A stretch of DNA of 40,932 nucleotides. Origin: a virus. Shown here piece by piece: positions 30,778-40,337 of this stretch. Every line of letters starts with the position of its first letter. Position 1 is the stretch's first letter. The notes beneath the pieces were generated by a model. That model worked only from the letters and a program-made list of their open reading frames with translations, was not told where the DNA came from and did not search any database. The stretch is from positions 1 to 40,932 of IMG/VR virus record IMGVR_UViG_3300043464_000933, one strand, 5' to 3'. The position numbers were made by a program, and so were the translations under genes.

Positions 30778-32514
30778 TTATGTTACGATAAAAGTGTCTT
30801 CAATAACCCAATAGCCGATGCCCACCAGCAATGGTGGTTGACTTGGGAAATCACCTCCGTCAAGGCAATCCCACGTCCTGCATGATCGGCATAGTTTTTT
30901 TCCCGCTACGCTAACGCTCTGGGCTGCTATTAAATTGTCATCAATCACCCAAAGGTTAGATAGGTCATGTAAGCCTATTGCCGTTGGTTGAACTGTTAAG
31001 TCCTGCCCTCCTGTTCCGTTTTGGTAGGTTAATAGTCGGGTAAAGGATATTGTGTTTAGGTCATCAGAATAGTCAACCTGATAGGATGCTATTTCTCCTG
31101 ATGTTAGCCTTGCAATTGCGATTATCTTATCGTCTAACAATTGAAGTTCAAGCACGTCAAAGTTAGCCGAAACATCAGATTCTGCTGTGAGAAACGTACT
31201 GTCATCAATACGTCTGGCAAAGCACACCAAGCCCAAGTTTGAGCCTACGAAGGCAATTATACCCACAGCGTCCTGAACGTGGCTTGTAAGGCTTGTGAAG
31301 GCCGTGAATGATAGGTCGGTTAGGGTGTTGGTTAATATTCCAGTAGATTGAAAGTAAGCCAGCCTAACATCGCCCGTTCCGTTCCGTTTAACAAACATAA
31401 ACGACTTACCAATGGAAACTGGATAAACTGCAAGCAATTGGTCTAAAACCTGTTGAACCGCTAAAAGTTGTTCAAATGTTTTTCCGTTTGTTATTACTGC
31501 TACACTTGTTAAGGTTGCAGGAGAAACTTGGTTGTATCTTGTTGTTGCAAACCTATATCCTCCTAAAGGCTGCAAACTATAAATATAATCTGGAGATGTA
31601 AATAAAGCAAATACACTTATCCTTTCTCCGTCAACGAACACAGCTGGCTCGTTTGTATTAACAGTCTGCAACCAGGCAAGACTGAAATCAGTTCCTCCAA
31701 CTTGCTTAACCTCTCGCCCTGTTATTGGTTTGTTGCCAATCAGGCACGCATCAATTAACGTTTCGTTGTCAGGGTCAATGATTGTTTGCAGAATGTCTGG
31801 CGTTAGTTTCCCTGGTTGCCAGATACCAATCTGAACATCGTTAAGTGGGTAGATGGTTTGCCCGTTCCTGCTTTTAGCCTTGAATCCTGCAATAGAAGTA
31901 ATAAATGGGTTTTCGTAAATAGAAGGAAACCTTCTAAATGATACCTCACTAACCAGTTGGCCAATGTCATCAAAGGTCAGCAGTATTTGATTCAGGCTTG
32001 AAATCTTTGGTAAAGCCTGAATAGTATTTTGGCTATAAGTAATATCCCAAAAGATTGTGTCAGGCTGCTCACCTGCAAGTAGTTGGTTCAATAACTCAAC
32101 CTCAAGTGGGCTAACTTCTTGGCACTCTATTGGCAAATCGCCAAAGCCCCCAATGATGTCAAGTGAAAAGGAATCAACAACGCCTGAACTCAATTCAAAG
32201 CTGTACATCCAGAACCTATTAACTCCATCATGGTAGTCCGATGTTATCTTCAGGTAGGCACTTGACCCTTCAGCGTTTACAACCTCAACCCTCGCTACGT
32301 AGCAGGACGGGTTGGCCGTGTTGTAGTTATTGATGATTGTCTGTATTGCTGACTGTACGCTGGCAAAGCTTGTAACACCTACCACAATGGCCGATATGAC
32401 GGCCTCGGCTGCTGTTGCCGCTGCTTGCAGGGCTACATCACACCCGTCTGTTTCAGGGTCGATGGCCGTTAGCTTAGTGGTGCAATCAGGATAAAAATCT
32501 GCTAAGAATTTCAT
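30778..32514 (-). CDS. tail-module structural protein (578 aa) ending in GIGYWVIEDTFIVT
   Basis: Tightly packed between two other large tail-module ORFs. No enzymatic motif. The C-terminal 14 aa match the post-stop extension of the capsid gene. Confidence 0.5.
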   Translation of the reverse strand: MKFLADFYPDCTTKLTAIDPETDGCDVALQAAATAAEAVISAIVVGVTSFASVQSAIQTIINNYNTANPSCYVARVEVVNAEGSSAYLKITSDYHDGVNRFWMYSFELSSGVVDSFSLDIIGGFGDLPIECQEVSPLEVELLNQLLAGEQPDTIFWDITYSQNTIQALPKISSLNQILLTFDDIGQLVSEVSFRRFPSIYENPFITSIAGFKAKSRNGQTIYPLNDVQIGIWQPGKLTPDILQTIIDPDNETLIDACLIGNKPITGREVKQVGGTDFSLAWLQTVNTNEPAVFVDGERISVFALFTSPDYIYSLQPLGGYRFATTRYNQVSPATLTSVAVITNGKTFEQLLAVQQVLDQLLAVYPVSIGKSFMFVKRNGTGDVRLAYFQSTGILTNTLTDLSFTAFTSLTSHVQDAVGIIAFVGSNLGLVCFARRIDDSTFLTAESDVSANFDVLELQLLDDKIIAIARLTSGEIASYQVDYSDDLNTISFTRLLTYQNGTGGQDLTVQPTAIGLHDLSNLWVIDDNLIAAQSVSVAGKKLCRSCRTWDCLDGGDFPSQPPLLVGIGYWVIEDTFIVT

Positions 32515-34793
32515 TGCTTCAAAATTAGTGTAAATTCGGTGAAACCTGTATTCCCTGGTTCATTTATTGCCGTCTGAATTATCCCTAAAAATGTCCTGCC
32601 TTGGCTGGTGAATTGAATAGTTTGACCTGGTATGTTTCTTAGCTTGATAAATTCGCAAAGTAATTGCGGAATCGTGAATGTAGTTTGTTCAGGAAAGTAA
32701 GTGGCCTGCCTGATGGGTTCAGAAACATTGGCCTCGTATAAGTCTGCATTCTCGGATATAGGGATGCCAAAGACTTCTGGTACTTGACCTATGGTGGCCT
32801 GACTGGTTAAGGTGCTGTTGTAGGTTCCTGTGCTGAACCTGAAGAAATCATTGCCTGTACCCTTAAGGCTGCCTGCAATCTGACACCAGTTCCAGATTAA
32901 CATTCTGGCAGGGGAAACACGAAGGTTGTAAGCCAAATCCCTGAATGGAAGGTCGCCTGTTACTTCAAACCACCTTTGGCCAGTTGCCTCAACCAAGGCC
33001 AATTCAGAGCAAGTTCCAATTGGCCTTGTGTAACCTGGTGCTGCTGTTGGGTCAGGCTGCCACGGGTCGGTTTCTACTTGTTCCTCCGTATCTATTGCAA
33101 CCGCTTCAGCATTTACGCAGATAATGAATATATTGTTGTCGGTTTTGTAGTCACTTGTTGAATCAAAGAATTGCAAACGTCTGGCAACCTCAATTGAATA
33201 ACCTCCTGCTGTATAGCCTGTGACCAAATCAAGTACGTTGGCTACCGTTGCACCAGGAATAATAAACGTTCTTTTCGTGTTGAACTCATATACCCCATTG
33301 TAGTTTTCAGGCAATGATTGGTCGGTGTAGCCAATCTCAACGCTTGAATATATTTTGTCAATTATTGGCTGCTTTGTGAACGTGTCTACATTGGTGAACG
33401 TTGTCTTTGCTGTTGAGCCGTAAAAGTAGCTAAGGTGTTCAACCCTCACCTTAACAGAAACTCCATCCACCACCTCAATCTGATAGCCCAAACCAAAGAT
33501 TTTAGATAAAGCCTCAAAGCAAGCCTGAAAAGTATCATTAATCGGAAAAACTTGTCCGTTGTCATCAACTGCATTTCGCAAGGCAAGCCCGTTGGTTAAG
33601 AACGTAAGCGAGCCAGCCCCATATTCAGGGTATGGGTAATTAGTTAGGGGGCTGCCAAAGAAGTTTGAAACCAGTATATTTTTTTGGCCGCAAATAGATT
33701 CAAGGATTCGGTTGAGGTATTCGTAAGTGTATTGACCGTAACACGTTGACGGTGGTTCCTGCTTAGTTGCTGAAGCATTTAGGTAAGTTCCTGAAAGTAG
33801 ATTAACTTCGTTGAAATAGGTTTGGCTTAAGGCAAGCCCACGAACCACATAGCGAACAAAATAACCAAGTGCAAAGCCAGGTTCAATAGTGAAGGTTTCT
33901 GAGTAAGTAAATTGAACTACATTAACACCGCCTGAGGTATATTGAATTTCATCTAACAATACAGCCGACAATGTTCCTGATGGGTTAACTACACACCTAT
34001 ACAATTCCGCCCAACGACCACCGATTGCTTCAACAATATCTCCGCAAACCCCTGCAATATTCCTGATTTGAAACAATGCTGTACTATCAATAAATAGTTC
34101 AATGTCAAGATCGGCTGGATTGCTGGAAATGTTGACAAACAAGGCTTGTGAAATATCTTGCCTGACTGAAATAAAGGAGGATAATTCACGGGCTGTTATG
34201 CCTATGGTTGAAAGGTCGTTTTGTTGCGGAGCTAAAACAAAGTTTACCCCATAGAACCCATCATAAGTGTAACCACATTGGCCTAATGTGGTTGGGTCGC
34301 CTGTGATTAATAATTCAACATTGTTATTGATTAGGTAGTTTGCCCGTGCTTGTAATGGCTGACTATGCAGGTCAAACAAATCATTACTAAGTGGCGTAAG
34401 TTCCACCCCCTCCGCATTCGTTTCGTTCCGCAGGTTTATCTTGGTTCCCTTATTGGCTGTGAACTTCTCGGCTATGCCTGAATCCATGATGCCTATAATT
34501 ACATCTTGACCCTCTTCCTGATAAACCTTAAAGTTTAGCACACCAGAATAGCGGTCTATTGCCTGTTGACAGGAGCCGTCCTTGAACCTGACAATATCAA
34601 TTGGAACCAAGGCATTGACAAACCTTTGGTTATATGCCTGCCTGATTATGTCGGCTGCTTTATTTTGGAACGTTACTGTGTCGGAGAAGACAAAGCTAAA
34701 GCCAGCATCAGGCTTGCGCTCAATAGTGAACTGGACGGCATCCCACCCAATAGGTTCGTTTACCTCAATGCCTGAAATGAAGAACTTCCACAT
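32511..34793 (-). CDS. large tail/baseplate structural protein candidate (760 aa)
   Basis: Large beta-rich ORF downstream of the tape-measure region, with ATGA overlap onto the next gene. The call rests on context only. Confidence 0.45.
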   Translation of the reverse strand: MWKFFISGIEVNEPIGWDAVQFTIERKPDAGFSFVFSDTVTFQNKAADIIRQAYNQRFVNALVPIDIVRFKDGSCQQAIDRYSGVLNFKVYQEEGQDVIIGIMDSGIAEKFTANKGTKINLRNETNAEGVELTPLSNDLFDLHSQPLQARANYLINNNVELLITGDPTTLGQCGYTYDGFYGVNFVLAPQQNDLSTIGITARELSSFISVRQDISQALFVNISSNPADLDIELFIDSTALFQIRNIAGVCGDIVEAIGGRWAELYRCVVNPSGTLSAVLLDEIQYTSGGVNVVQFTYSETFTIEPGFALGYFVRYVVRGLALSQTYFNEVNLLSGTYLNASATKQEPPSTCYGQYTYEYLNRILESICGQKNILVSNFFGSPLTNYPYPEYGAGSLTFLTNGLALRNAVDDNGQVFPINDTFQACFEALSKIFGLGYQIEVVDGVSVKVRVEHLSYFYGSTAKTTFTNVDTFTKQPIIDKIYSSVEIGYTDQSLPENYNGVYEFNTKRTFIIPGATVANVLDLVTGYTAGGYSIEVARRLQFFDSTSDYKTDNNIFIICVNAEAVAIDTEEQVETDPWQPDPTAAPGYTRPIGTCSELALVEATGQRWFEVTGDLPFRDLAYNLRVSPARMLIWNWCQIAGSLKGTGNDFFRFSTGTYNSTLTSQATIGQVPEVFGIPISENADLYEANVSEPIRQATYFPEQTTFTIPQLLCEFIKLRNIPGQTIQFTSQGRTFLGIIQTAINEPGNTGFTEFTLILKQ

Positions 34794-34804
34794 TAGGTGC
34801 GAAT

Positions 34805-35659
34805 TTAACGGATTATTTCTTCATAAGCCTCCTTACTTATTGGAAGTAGCCTATGTCTGCAATTATAGCCCCCTAAATAGGTTTTAATGGTTGCCTTGTT
34901 GGTTGCTGGTATTTTGCCATCCCATGTTAAGGCAGCCCAACTTTGAACCTCTTTAGTGGTGAATGCCTTGCCCACCCTTGCCTTGCAGAACGGCCTTGAA
35001 TCTTTGATAGTAGTGCCTGAATAGATCCAGTAGTCAACATCAATATCCGATGTCAGGGTTTCCATGTATGCTCTGTTGAACTGCTCAATTGAATCGTTAC
35101 TAACCTGCTTAACGTAGCGGCTCAACCTTGCCTCCCGTTTGGCATCACCCTTAATGGCCTGCCTTAGTAGCTGGTTCAGGCTTGCCCTGTTGCCCTTTCC
35201 CGTCTGCCAGGTCTTGATGATGTTCTGAATCTGAGCCGTAAAGTTGGCATCCACACCTGCACCTGTCATCAGTTCCAATGTTGTTGCCGTTGCCTGTTGG
35301 GTTAGGGCTTCGCCTAATATCGGGTTGTTCTGAAGGTCAACAAAGGCCGCTGTCAGGTAGTTCCTGGATATTTCGGCCACCTGAATAAACGAGGTTGAAA
35401 CATCAAACAACATGAGTTGGTAATCCCTGTTTAGGGTTACCGCCTCGGTTATCTGGTTGCGTAGGGCTGTTACCTGCTGGTTAGCCAGAATGATGTCAAC
35501 CGCTGAACTGGATGGGTTGATTGTTGCTGTTAGTTCCAACACCTGCTCATACACCGATTCAAGCACTGTGGGCATGCCCTTCTTGATAAGCTTCTGGAGT
35601 TCTTCCATAGCTTCATCAAGTTCCTCTGTGACCCTGTCGATGTAGCGGGGAGTTGGCAT
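34805..35659 (-). CDS. head-morphogenesis protein (Mu F / SPP1 gp7-like, 284 aa)
   Basis: The C-terminal block DSRPFCKARVGKAFTTKEV...YLGGYNCRHRLLPIS matches the family's signature region. Confidence 0.55.
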   Translation of the reverse strand: MPTPRYIDRVTEELDEAMEELQKLIKKGMPTVLESVYEQVLELTATINPSSSAVDIILANQQVTALRNQITEAVTLNRDYQLMLFDVSTSFIQVAEISRNYLTAAFVDLQNNPILGEALTQQATATTLELMTGAGVDANFTAQIQNIIKTWQTGKGNRASLNQLLRQAIKGDAKREARLSRYVKQVSNDSIEQFNRAYMETLTSDIDVDYWIYSGTTIKDSRPFCKARVGKAFTTKEVQSWAALTWDGKIPATNKATIKTYLGGYNCRHRLLPISKEAYEEIIR

Positions 35660-38170
35660 TTAGTTTACAAACTGATTATTTAAGATGACTGAAGTGCGAT
35701 TGCCTGACCTGATGGACTTGCTGAACCCTTTGCCGTCTAAGCTGATGGCGGCAACGGGTAAGGACTTGATGGAACGATTCAGGTCATCCAACTTGCGCTC
35801 AATGCCCCTGCTATTGCTGCCTTTCGTTCTCCCTGATGTCAGGCTCATGTAGTCAAGGACTATCTTAGGTATGTCATCATTCTTGATACCCATATCAAGT
35901 AGGGGCTTGTTTTGCCTTGCAGTCATAACCCTTTCGCCCTTGGATAATCTGGCCATGATGCTGTCGCTGGTTCCAGTTCCTGGTCCTTCAACATATTCCG
36001 TACCCTTAGCGAACTCTGGCATCTTTTGTGCTGCAATAAATCCAATCTGTGCAACAAGCGTTGCCCCAACTATTGCAGCCAAAGGAGGTACAGAAGCATA
36101 CTTTACAATTTGAGGTGCTGCTGTGAAGATTGCATTGGCAATTGCTGCCTGTTGTTCCGCCCTGAATTGCTTCTGTCTAATCTCCCGCTCTTTCACTCTG
36201 AATCTATCTCTTGCCTGTGCCTGCATTTCCTCATTACCTTCAAACATTCTCAGTTGTTCGTCAAACAATCGCTGGCTTGCTGACAACTCAGCAGCCAATG
36301 CTTGCTGGCGAAGATTCATAAATCCATTAAATACTGTCTGTGCTAATTGCAATGACTCTTGCAGGTATAGCATGTTTTCATCAGCAATTCTTTGGTTTGT
36401 TTCAGCTGCTTCTTTTATGTCATCATCCTTGTTTTTCTGTGCACGTTCTTTTTTTTCTTTTTCTGCTTTTTCGTCTATTTTTTGCAATTCTTCGTTAAGG
36501 GTTTCTCGCTTTTTAATACTATCTTGTTGATCTTGTAATCTTTGCTGATTAAACTTTTTAGCTTCTTCAGAAAGGTTATCATATTGGCTTTTGGCCTGAT
36601 TAAATTCATCAGTGTAAAACTTTTGCATTTCTGCCAATATCTGCTTGTTGGCCTCTTTAACATCCAAAATTCTTGACTCTGAATTTTTACCAGCCTCAAC
36701 TAAACCAAGCGCATAAAACCTTTTATCAATATCCAATGCAGCCTGACCAAATTTAGCTTTGATTTCAAGCACCTCAACTTCGTTTTGCATTGTCTGTTGT
36801 GCTGTTGCATCTAAGGCCAATGATAGTTTTTTAAGCCTAATTTGGATTTTCTCTTGCCTTTCCAATTCAGCAATCAGGGCTTGATATTCCTTGGTTAGCC
36901 TTTTTATTCTGTCTGCATCAGATTCTGTTTCTGGGGGTGGTTTATTTAATATAGCCTTTATCATTCCCTCAATTGCCTCTGTTACTTTCTTTGCGGATTC
37001 AAATTGAATGGAAAGGCTTTTATTTAATTCATCGGCTCCTTCAACTGCGTAGCTTTTAGTAATTTTTTTAGCCACTTCCATTCTTTCCTGATATTCGGCT
37101 AAGAAATCATTTAGCACACCAATTTGGTCGGCAGTATCACCAAACTTGCCAGTGATTCTTATTATTTCTTTGATATCCTCGATAATCGGGTCGGCAACTT
37201 TAAAGGCTTCCTTTTCTACAATCTGGTTTATATCTGAGGTAAAAGTAATCAGACCTCCTAAAGCATTATTTGCGTAATCAATGATTAAATCAAATTGACC
37301 TTTTGAGTTTTTGCCTAAAATTTTTAGAAACTCAGTCCAATTTGTTGAAAGAAGGTTTAGCTTTCCAGTTAACGTATCAACATTTTTAGCTGCTTCTTCC
37401 CCAAAAGTCTTTTCCAGTTCAGCCGCAAACTTTGGCAGGAAATCCCTTGATATAACTTGGCCTTGTTCCAGCATCTTCCCCAATGCCTTTTCGGTTACAC
37501 CAATAGAACGGGCTGCAATAGCGAATGAACCAGGCAACCGTTCACCTAATTGCCCCCTTAGTTCTTCTGCCGAAACAGTACCTTTGCTTATCATCTGCGT
37601 GATTGCAAGGAACGCCCCTTGTGATTGTTCAGCACTAAGGCCAAAGGCTGCTACGGCTTTAGTAACCCCTTCAAATATCTTGATGGTATCTTCCTGGCTT
37701 AGGTTTGATGCTTTGGAAGCAGCCGCAAAGCTGGAATAGGTGCGAATAACCGTTTCCAGTTCAAGCCCGTACTTTCTGGTTAAACCCGTTAGATATTGAG
37801 TAACCTTTCCACCCTCGGCCGCACTACCTGATGCGAAGTTAATACGCTTCTGGTATTGCTCCATTTTGGCGGTGAGCATTACCAACTCTTTACCAAAAGC
37901 CAATACAGCACCAACCGAAAAGGCTGCCAATAGTTGCCCCTTAATTCCATCCAAAGCCCCTCCAAACTTTTTGACGGATTGTGTGCTGGACTCAACATTA
38001 CCCTTTACCTGGTTGGTTGATTTTTCAGTTTCCTTACCTAACTTCTTGGCCTGCTCAATAGCATCCTTTTCCGCTTGGGTAAGTTTGTCAAAAGCAGCCC
38101 TTGCACCATCAATGCTTCCTGCTCCTTCAACTTTGTAACTTATTACGATTTCGTCCTGTCTTAATGCCAT
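35660..38170 (-). CDS. tape measure protein (836 aa)
   Basis: Tape-measure core pattern SAEQSQGAFLAITQMISKGTVSAEELRGQLGERLPGSFAIAARSIGVTEKALGKMLEQGQV, followed by a long coiled coil and hydrophobic C-terminal segments. Confidence 0.75.
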   Translation of the reverse strand: MALRQDEIVISYKVEGAGSIDGARAAFDKLTQAEKDAIEQAKKLGKETEKSTNQVKGNVESSTQSVKKFGGALDGIKGQLLAAFSVGAVLAFGKELVMLTAKMEQYQKRINFASGSAAEGGKVTQYLTGLTRKYGLELETVIRTYSSFAAASKASNLSQEDTIKIFEGVTKAVAAFGLSAEQSQGAFLAITQMISKGTVSAEELRGQLGERLPGSFAIAARSIGVTEKALGKMLEQGQVISRDFLPKFAAELEKTFGEEAAKNVDTLTGKLNLLSTNWTEFLKILGKNSKGQFDLIIDYANNALGGLITFTSDINQIVEKEAFKVADPIIEDIKEIIRITGKFGDTADQIGVLNDFLAEYQERMEVAKKITKSYAVEGADELNKSLSIQFESAKKVTEAIEGMIKAILNKPPPETESDADRIKRLTKEYQALIAELERQEKIQIRLKKLSLALDATAQQTMQNEVEVLEIKAKFGQAALDIDKRFYALGLVEAGKNSESRILDVKEANKQILAEMQKFYTDEFNQAKSQYDNLSEEAKKFNQQRLQDQQDSIKKRETLNEELQKIDEKAEKEKKERAQKNKDDDIKEAAETNQRIADENMLYLQESLQLAQTVFNGFMNLRQQALAAELSASQRLFDEQLRMFEGNEEMQAQARDRFRVKEREIRQKQFRAEQQAAIANAIFTAAPQIVKYASVPPLAAIVGATLVAQIGFIAAQKMPEFAKGTEYVEGPGTGTSDSIMARLSKGERVMTARQNKPLLDMGIKNDDIPKIVLDYMSLTSGRTKGSNSRGIERKLDDLNRSIKSLPVAAISLDGKGFSKSIRSGNRTSVILNNQFVN

Positions 38171-38516
38171 CGTCTGTTGTGGTTTGACCTTTCGGATTTT
38201 GTTTTTTGAGTGACTGAGTAATTAGGTGGTAGAGATAGGTTGGCTTTCTAACCAATCTATCATAGTTTCCAACGTGGCCTCCTGTAAGCGCAAGCTCTCT
38301 CTGTGTCCTATCTCCAAGTTGTCTTCTTTGCCAATTCGCAAAAGTTGTGAAAGTAGTGTCTTTTGCATCAGGATTTCCCCCTTTAAATAGAGATGCAAAT
38401 TCTTTTCCAATTCGCTCAAAGAGGGATAAGAACTGTCCACTACTGTTTGCAAAAAAAAAGTGGGTAAGTCCGAACAGGTTTTCCAATGTTGCAGCTTTTT
38501 GTTGGCTGTGTTCCAA
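38127..38516 (-). other. -1 frame ORF overlapping the pre-tape-measure gene; T9 slippery run at 38451..38459
   Basis: The zero frame reads ACT TTT TTT TTG CAA and the -1 frame reads TTT TTT TTT GCA AAC. At 129 codons this is the longest same-strand alternative-frame ORF in the supplied track. It ends 44 nt inside the tape-measure gene. Confidence 0.45.
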
Positions 38517-38995
38517 TCCCAGAACAACGGGTCTTCGTCAATCGTAAAGAAGCGAATAGTAGCAAGTTTCAGCTCGAAGAGCATACCAGTTGAATGGTTG
38601 ACCTGTTCAGATAGTTTGTAGACCAGAATATCCAGTTCAGTAGTTAGTTGCCCCTTTTCCTTTGCGCTACTTGAGCCTGAAATCTTTGCCCGTAGGTCTT
38701 GGAAGGTTGCTATGAAGCCCTTTAGTATTTCTGGGTTAACGGCCAGCTCACGTTCTTTAAACACCTCATAGGCCGTGTAAAACCGCTGAATAGGTATGTT
38801 AACCATAGCATCAAATTGGAAGTAGTCAACACCGCCTGCTGTGAAAGCATGATGAACCAGACCTCTGTAGTCATCTGGCAGCCTGTGGTCTGGATAAGTT
38901 GGCTTGGTGGCCATCTCAACCGTTTCAGTTAGTGTAGATTCTTTCGGTTGCTTTGAGCCAAAAATGATTGATGCCAATGATTGCCAGAACTTCAT
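38222..38995 (-). CDS. tail assembly chaperone candidate (257 aa; alternative start at 38914)
   Basis: Lies immediately upstream of the tape-measure gene and contains the T9 run. The ATG at 38914 (MATKPTY) would remove the overlap with the upstream ORF. Confidence 0.45.
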   Translation of the reverse strand: MKFWQSLASIIFGSKQPKESTLTETVEMATKPTYPDHRLPDDYRGLVHHAFTAGGVDYFQFDAMVNIPIQRFYTAYEVFKERELAVNPEILKGFIATFQDLRAKISGSSSAKEKGQLTTELDILVYKLSEQVNHSTGMLFELKLATIRFFTIDEDPLFWDWNTANKKLQHWKTCSDLPTFFLQTVVDSSYPSLSELEKNLHLYLKGEILMQKTLLSQLLRIGKEDNLEIGHRESLRLQEATLETMIDWLESQPISTT

Positions 38996-39290
38996 AAAAT
39001 GAATTTTGAAAAATTAATCCTGCAAATATAACAATCCAAGTTCCGAAACAATATAGGCAGTAGCCTAAGGGCTTGGCTATCCACATGGTGTGATTATATT
39101 TATCTCGCCCATGATAACGCACCATAACCTTTCGAGCAACCCTTAGAACCTGCGCCATGTACTTTCGGCCTAATGGATGGCTGTAGAATACAAAGTCCAG
39201 CCATCGGGTGAAGGTGGCGGTCAGGAAGGCATAACCAATGAGGGTTATCAATTTACTTTCTTGGCTTGGTCGGCTTCTTTTTGCCGCCAC
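38925..39290 (-). CDS. hypothetical membrane protein (121 aa; start uncertain)
   Basis: The track start is a GTG. Hydrophobic segments: LITLIGYAFLTATF and LGYCLYCFGTWIVIFAGLIF. The first in-frame ATG would give 77 aa. Confidence 0.35.
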   Translation of the reverse strand: MAAKRSRPSQESKLITLIGYAFLTATFTRWLDFVFYSHPLGRKYMAQVLRVARKVMVRYHGRDKYNHTMWIAKPLGYCLYCFGTWIVIFAGLIFQNSFYEVLAIIGINHFWLKATERIYTN

Positions 39291-39311
39291 ATGATGAACA
39301 ACCTTTGTTTC

Positions 39312-39707
39312 TCATATTGATGTTGGATAAGCTGGTGGACAGTTGTTGAATGGATCAATCACCGTGTTGCCTTCTTGGAACCAGTCCGATGACTTGACAT
39401 TCAGGCAGTCATAAACTAAGCTGCCAACGGCAAACTCAATCTTGGTTCCGCAGAGGTCAAGAAACTCAACCTTGATGGTTTTAGACTGCTCAAAAAAACT
39501 ATTAAGGTCGATGTCGATAACCAGTTCAATATAGCCTAACTCGGTGTCCTGGTCGGTTACATGAACGGCCTTAATTCTACCTCTGGCAGTTGTTAGCCTG
39601 ATGTCATTAGTGCCTTCAGGGAAGTAGATAAGCAGGCCATCAGCACAGGCATTGATAGGCTCTGGCAGATCGTAGCAGGTTGGGCAATTGGTTGGTTCGC
39701 AACTCAT
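39312..39707 (-). CDS. hypothetical Cys-rich protein (131 aa)
   Basis: ATG verified at 39707, preceded by TACCTTTG-AATCC. No motif recognised. Confidence 0.5.
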   Translation of the reverse strand: MSCEPTNCPTCYDLPEPINACADGLLIYFPEGTNDIRLTTARGRIKAVHVTDQDTELGYIELVIDIDLNSFFEQSKTIKVEFLDLCGTKIEFAVGSLVYDCLNVKSSDWFQEGNTVIDPFNNCPPAYPTSI

Positions 39708-39712
39708 GGATT

Positions 39713-39720
39713 CAAAGGTA
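39713..39720 (-). promoter_or_regulatory. TACCTTTG box 5 nt upstream of the ATG at 39707 (TTTG 21 nt further upstream)
   Basis: The minus strand reads TTTG-N21-TACCTTTG-AATCC-ATG in the 17-nt intergenic gap. Confidence 0.35.
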
Positions 39721-39724
39721 ATAA

Positions 39725-40108
39725 TTATTTTGTAGCTATTCCAAATCCTATCAGGCCGCCAATAATTGCAGCGATTGGCAACTGAAATTTCAAGGTCTTA
39801 ATTCTGTACTCCAGTTTAACGTTTCGCTTTGCAAGTATGATTGCATTGGCAGATAAAGCTTTGTTCATTTCCTCGCTCACTACCACTTGGTTTTCAAGGT
39901 TTTCAATAAGCTTTGCCTGAACCGCCCTCTGGTCAAGGATGTTTTCAATAAACCCTGAGTGGCCAAATTCATGGGCTATCTCATTGCCTATGGCCAGACT
40001 ATCATAGATTGCTTTCGTTATGCACGTATCAATCTGCCTGTTTGCTTGGCCGTTTGCCGAAACGCTCATTGAAGCGATTAAAAGCATCGCTATTGTTAAT
40101 CCTTTCAT
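39725..40108 (-). CDS. secreted / C-tail-anchored protein of the lysis cassette (127 aa)
   Basis: Signal-peptide-like MKGLTIAMLLIASMSVSANG, a coiled-coil middle and a C-terminal TM segment LPIAAIIGGLIGFGIA. There is no lipobox Cys. The start lies 80 nt inside the upstream ORF. Confidence 0.45.
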   Translation of the reverse strand: MKGLTIAMLLIASMSVSANGQANRQIDTCITKAIYDSLAIGNEIAHEFGHSGFIENILDQRAVQAKLIENLENQVVVSEEMNKALSANAIILAKRNVKLEYRIKTLKFQLPIAAIIGGLIGFGIATK

Positions 40109-40337
40109 TCTCTAAGATTTGAAGTTTTGATTTTAAACTATGGGCATCGGACTTGTAGATGTTCAGGCTGTCCTGTAGTCTATGCACCTTCATCTGATTC
40201 TTAATGAGCTGCTCTGAGTTGGTATGCTCGCCAACCTTGTATGAGGCATAGAAGGCCAAGCCCATGAAGGCTAACAGCAGCACGAAGGCCACGCCTACCA
40301 TTGGAACCAGATTCATTTGATTTTGGCTATCTTTCAT
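40029..40337 (-). CDS. i-spanin-like protein (N-terminal TM plus coiled coil, 102 aa)
   Basis: TM segment LVPMVGVAFVLLLAFMGLAFYA followed by heptad-like helical sequence. Third gene of the lysis cassette. Confidence 0.4.
   Translation of the reverse strand: MKDSQNQMNLVPMVGVAFVLLLAFMGLAFYASYKVGEHTNSEQLIKNQMKVHRLQDSLNIYKSDAHSLKSKLQILENERINNSDAFNRFNERFGKRPSKQAD

Noticed and set aside
39725-40108. Calling the 127-aa ORF an o-spanin.
   Set aside because: It lacks a lipobox and an acylatable cysteine after the signal peptide, and it has a C-terminal TM helix. Only the gene overlap resembles spanin architecture.
40141-40152. A third DNA copy of the start of the GIGYW motif (GGCATCGGA...).
   Set aside because: Only about 9 nt match, the match lies on the non-coding strand of a lysis-cassette gene, and the rest of the peptide is not continued. 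This looks like chance.
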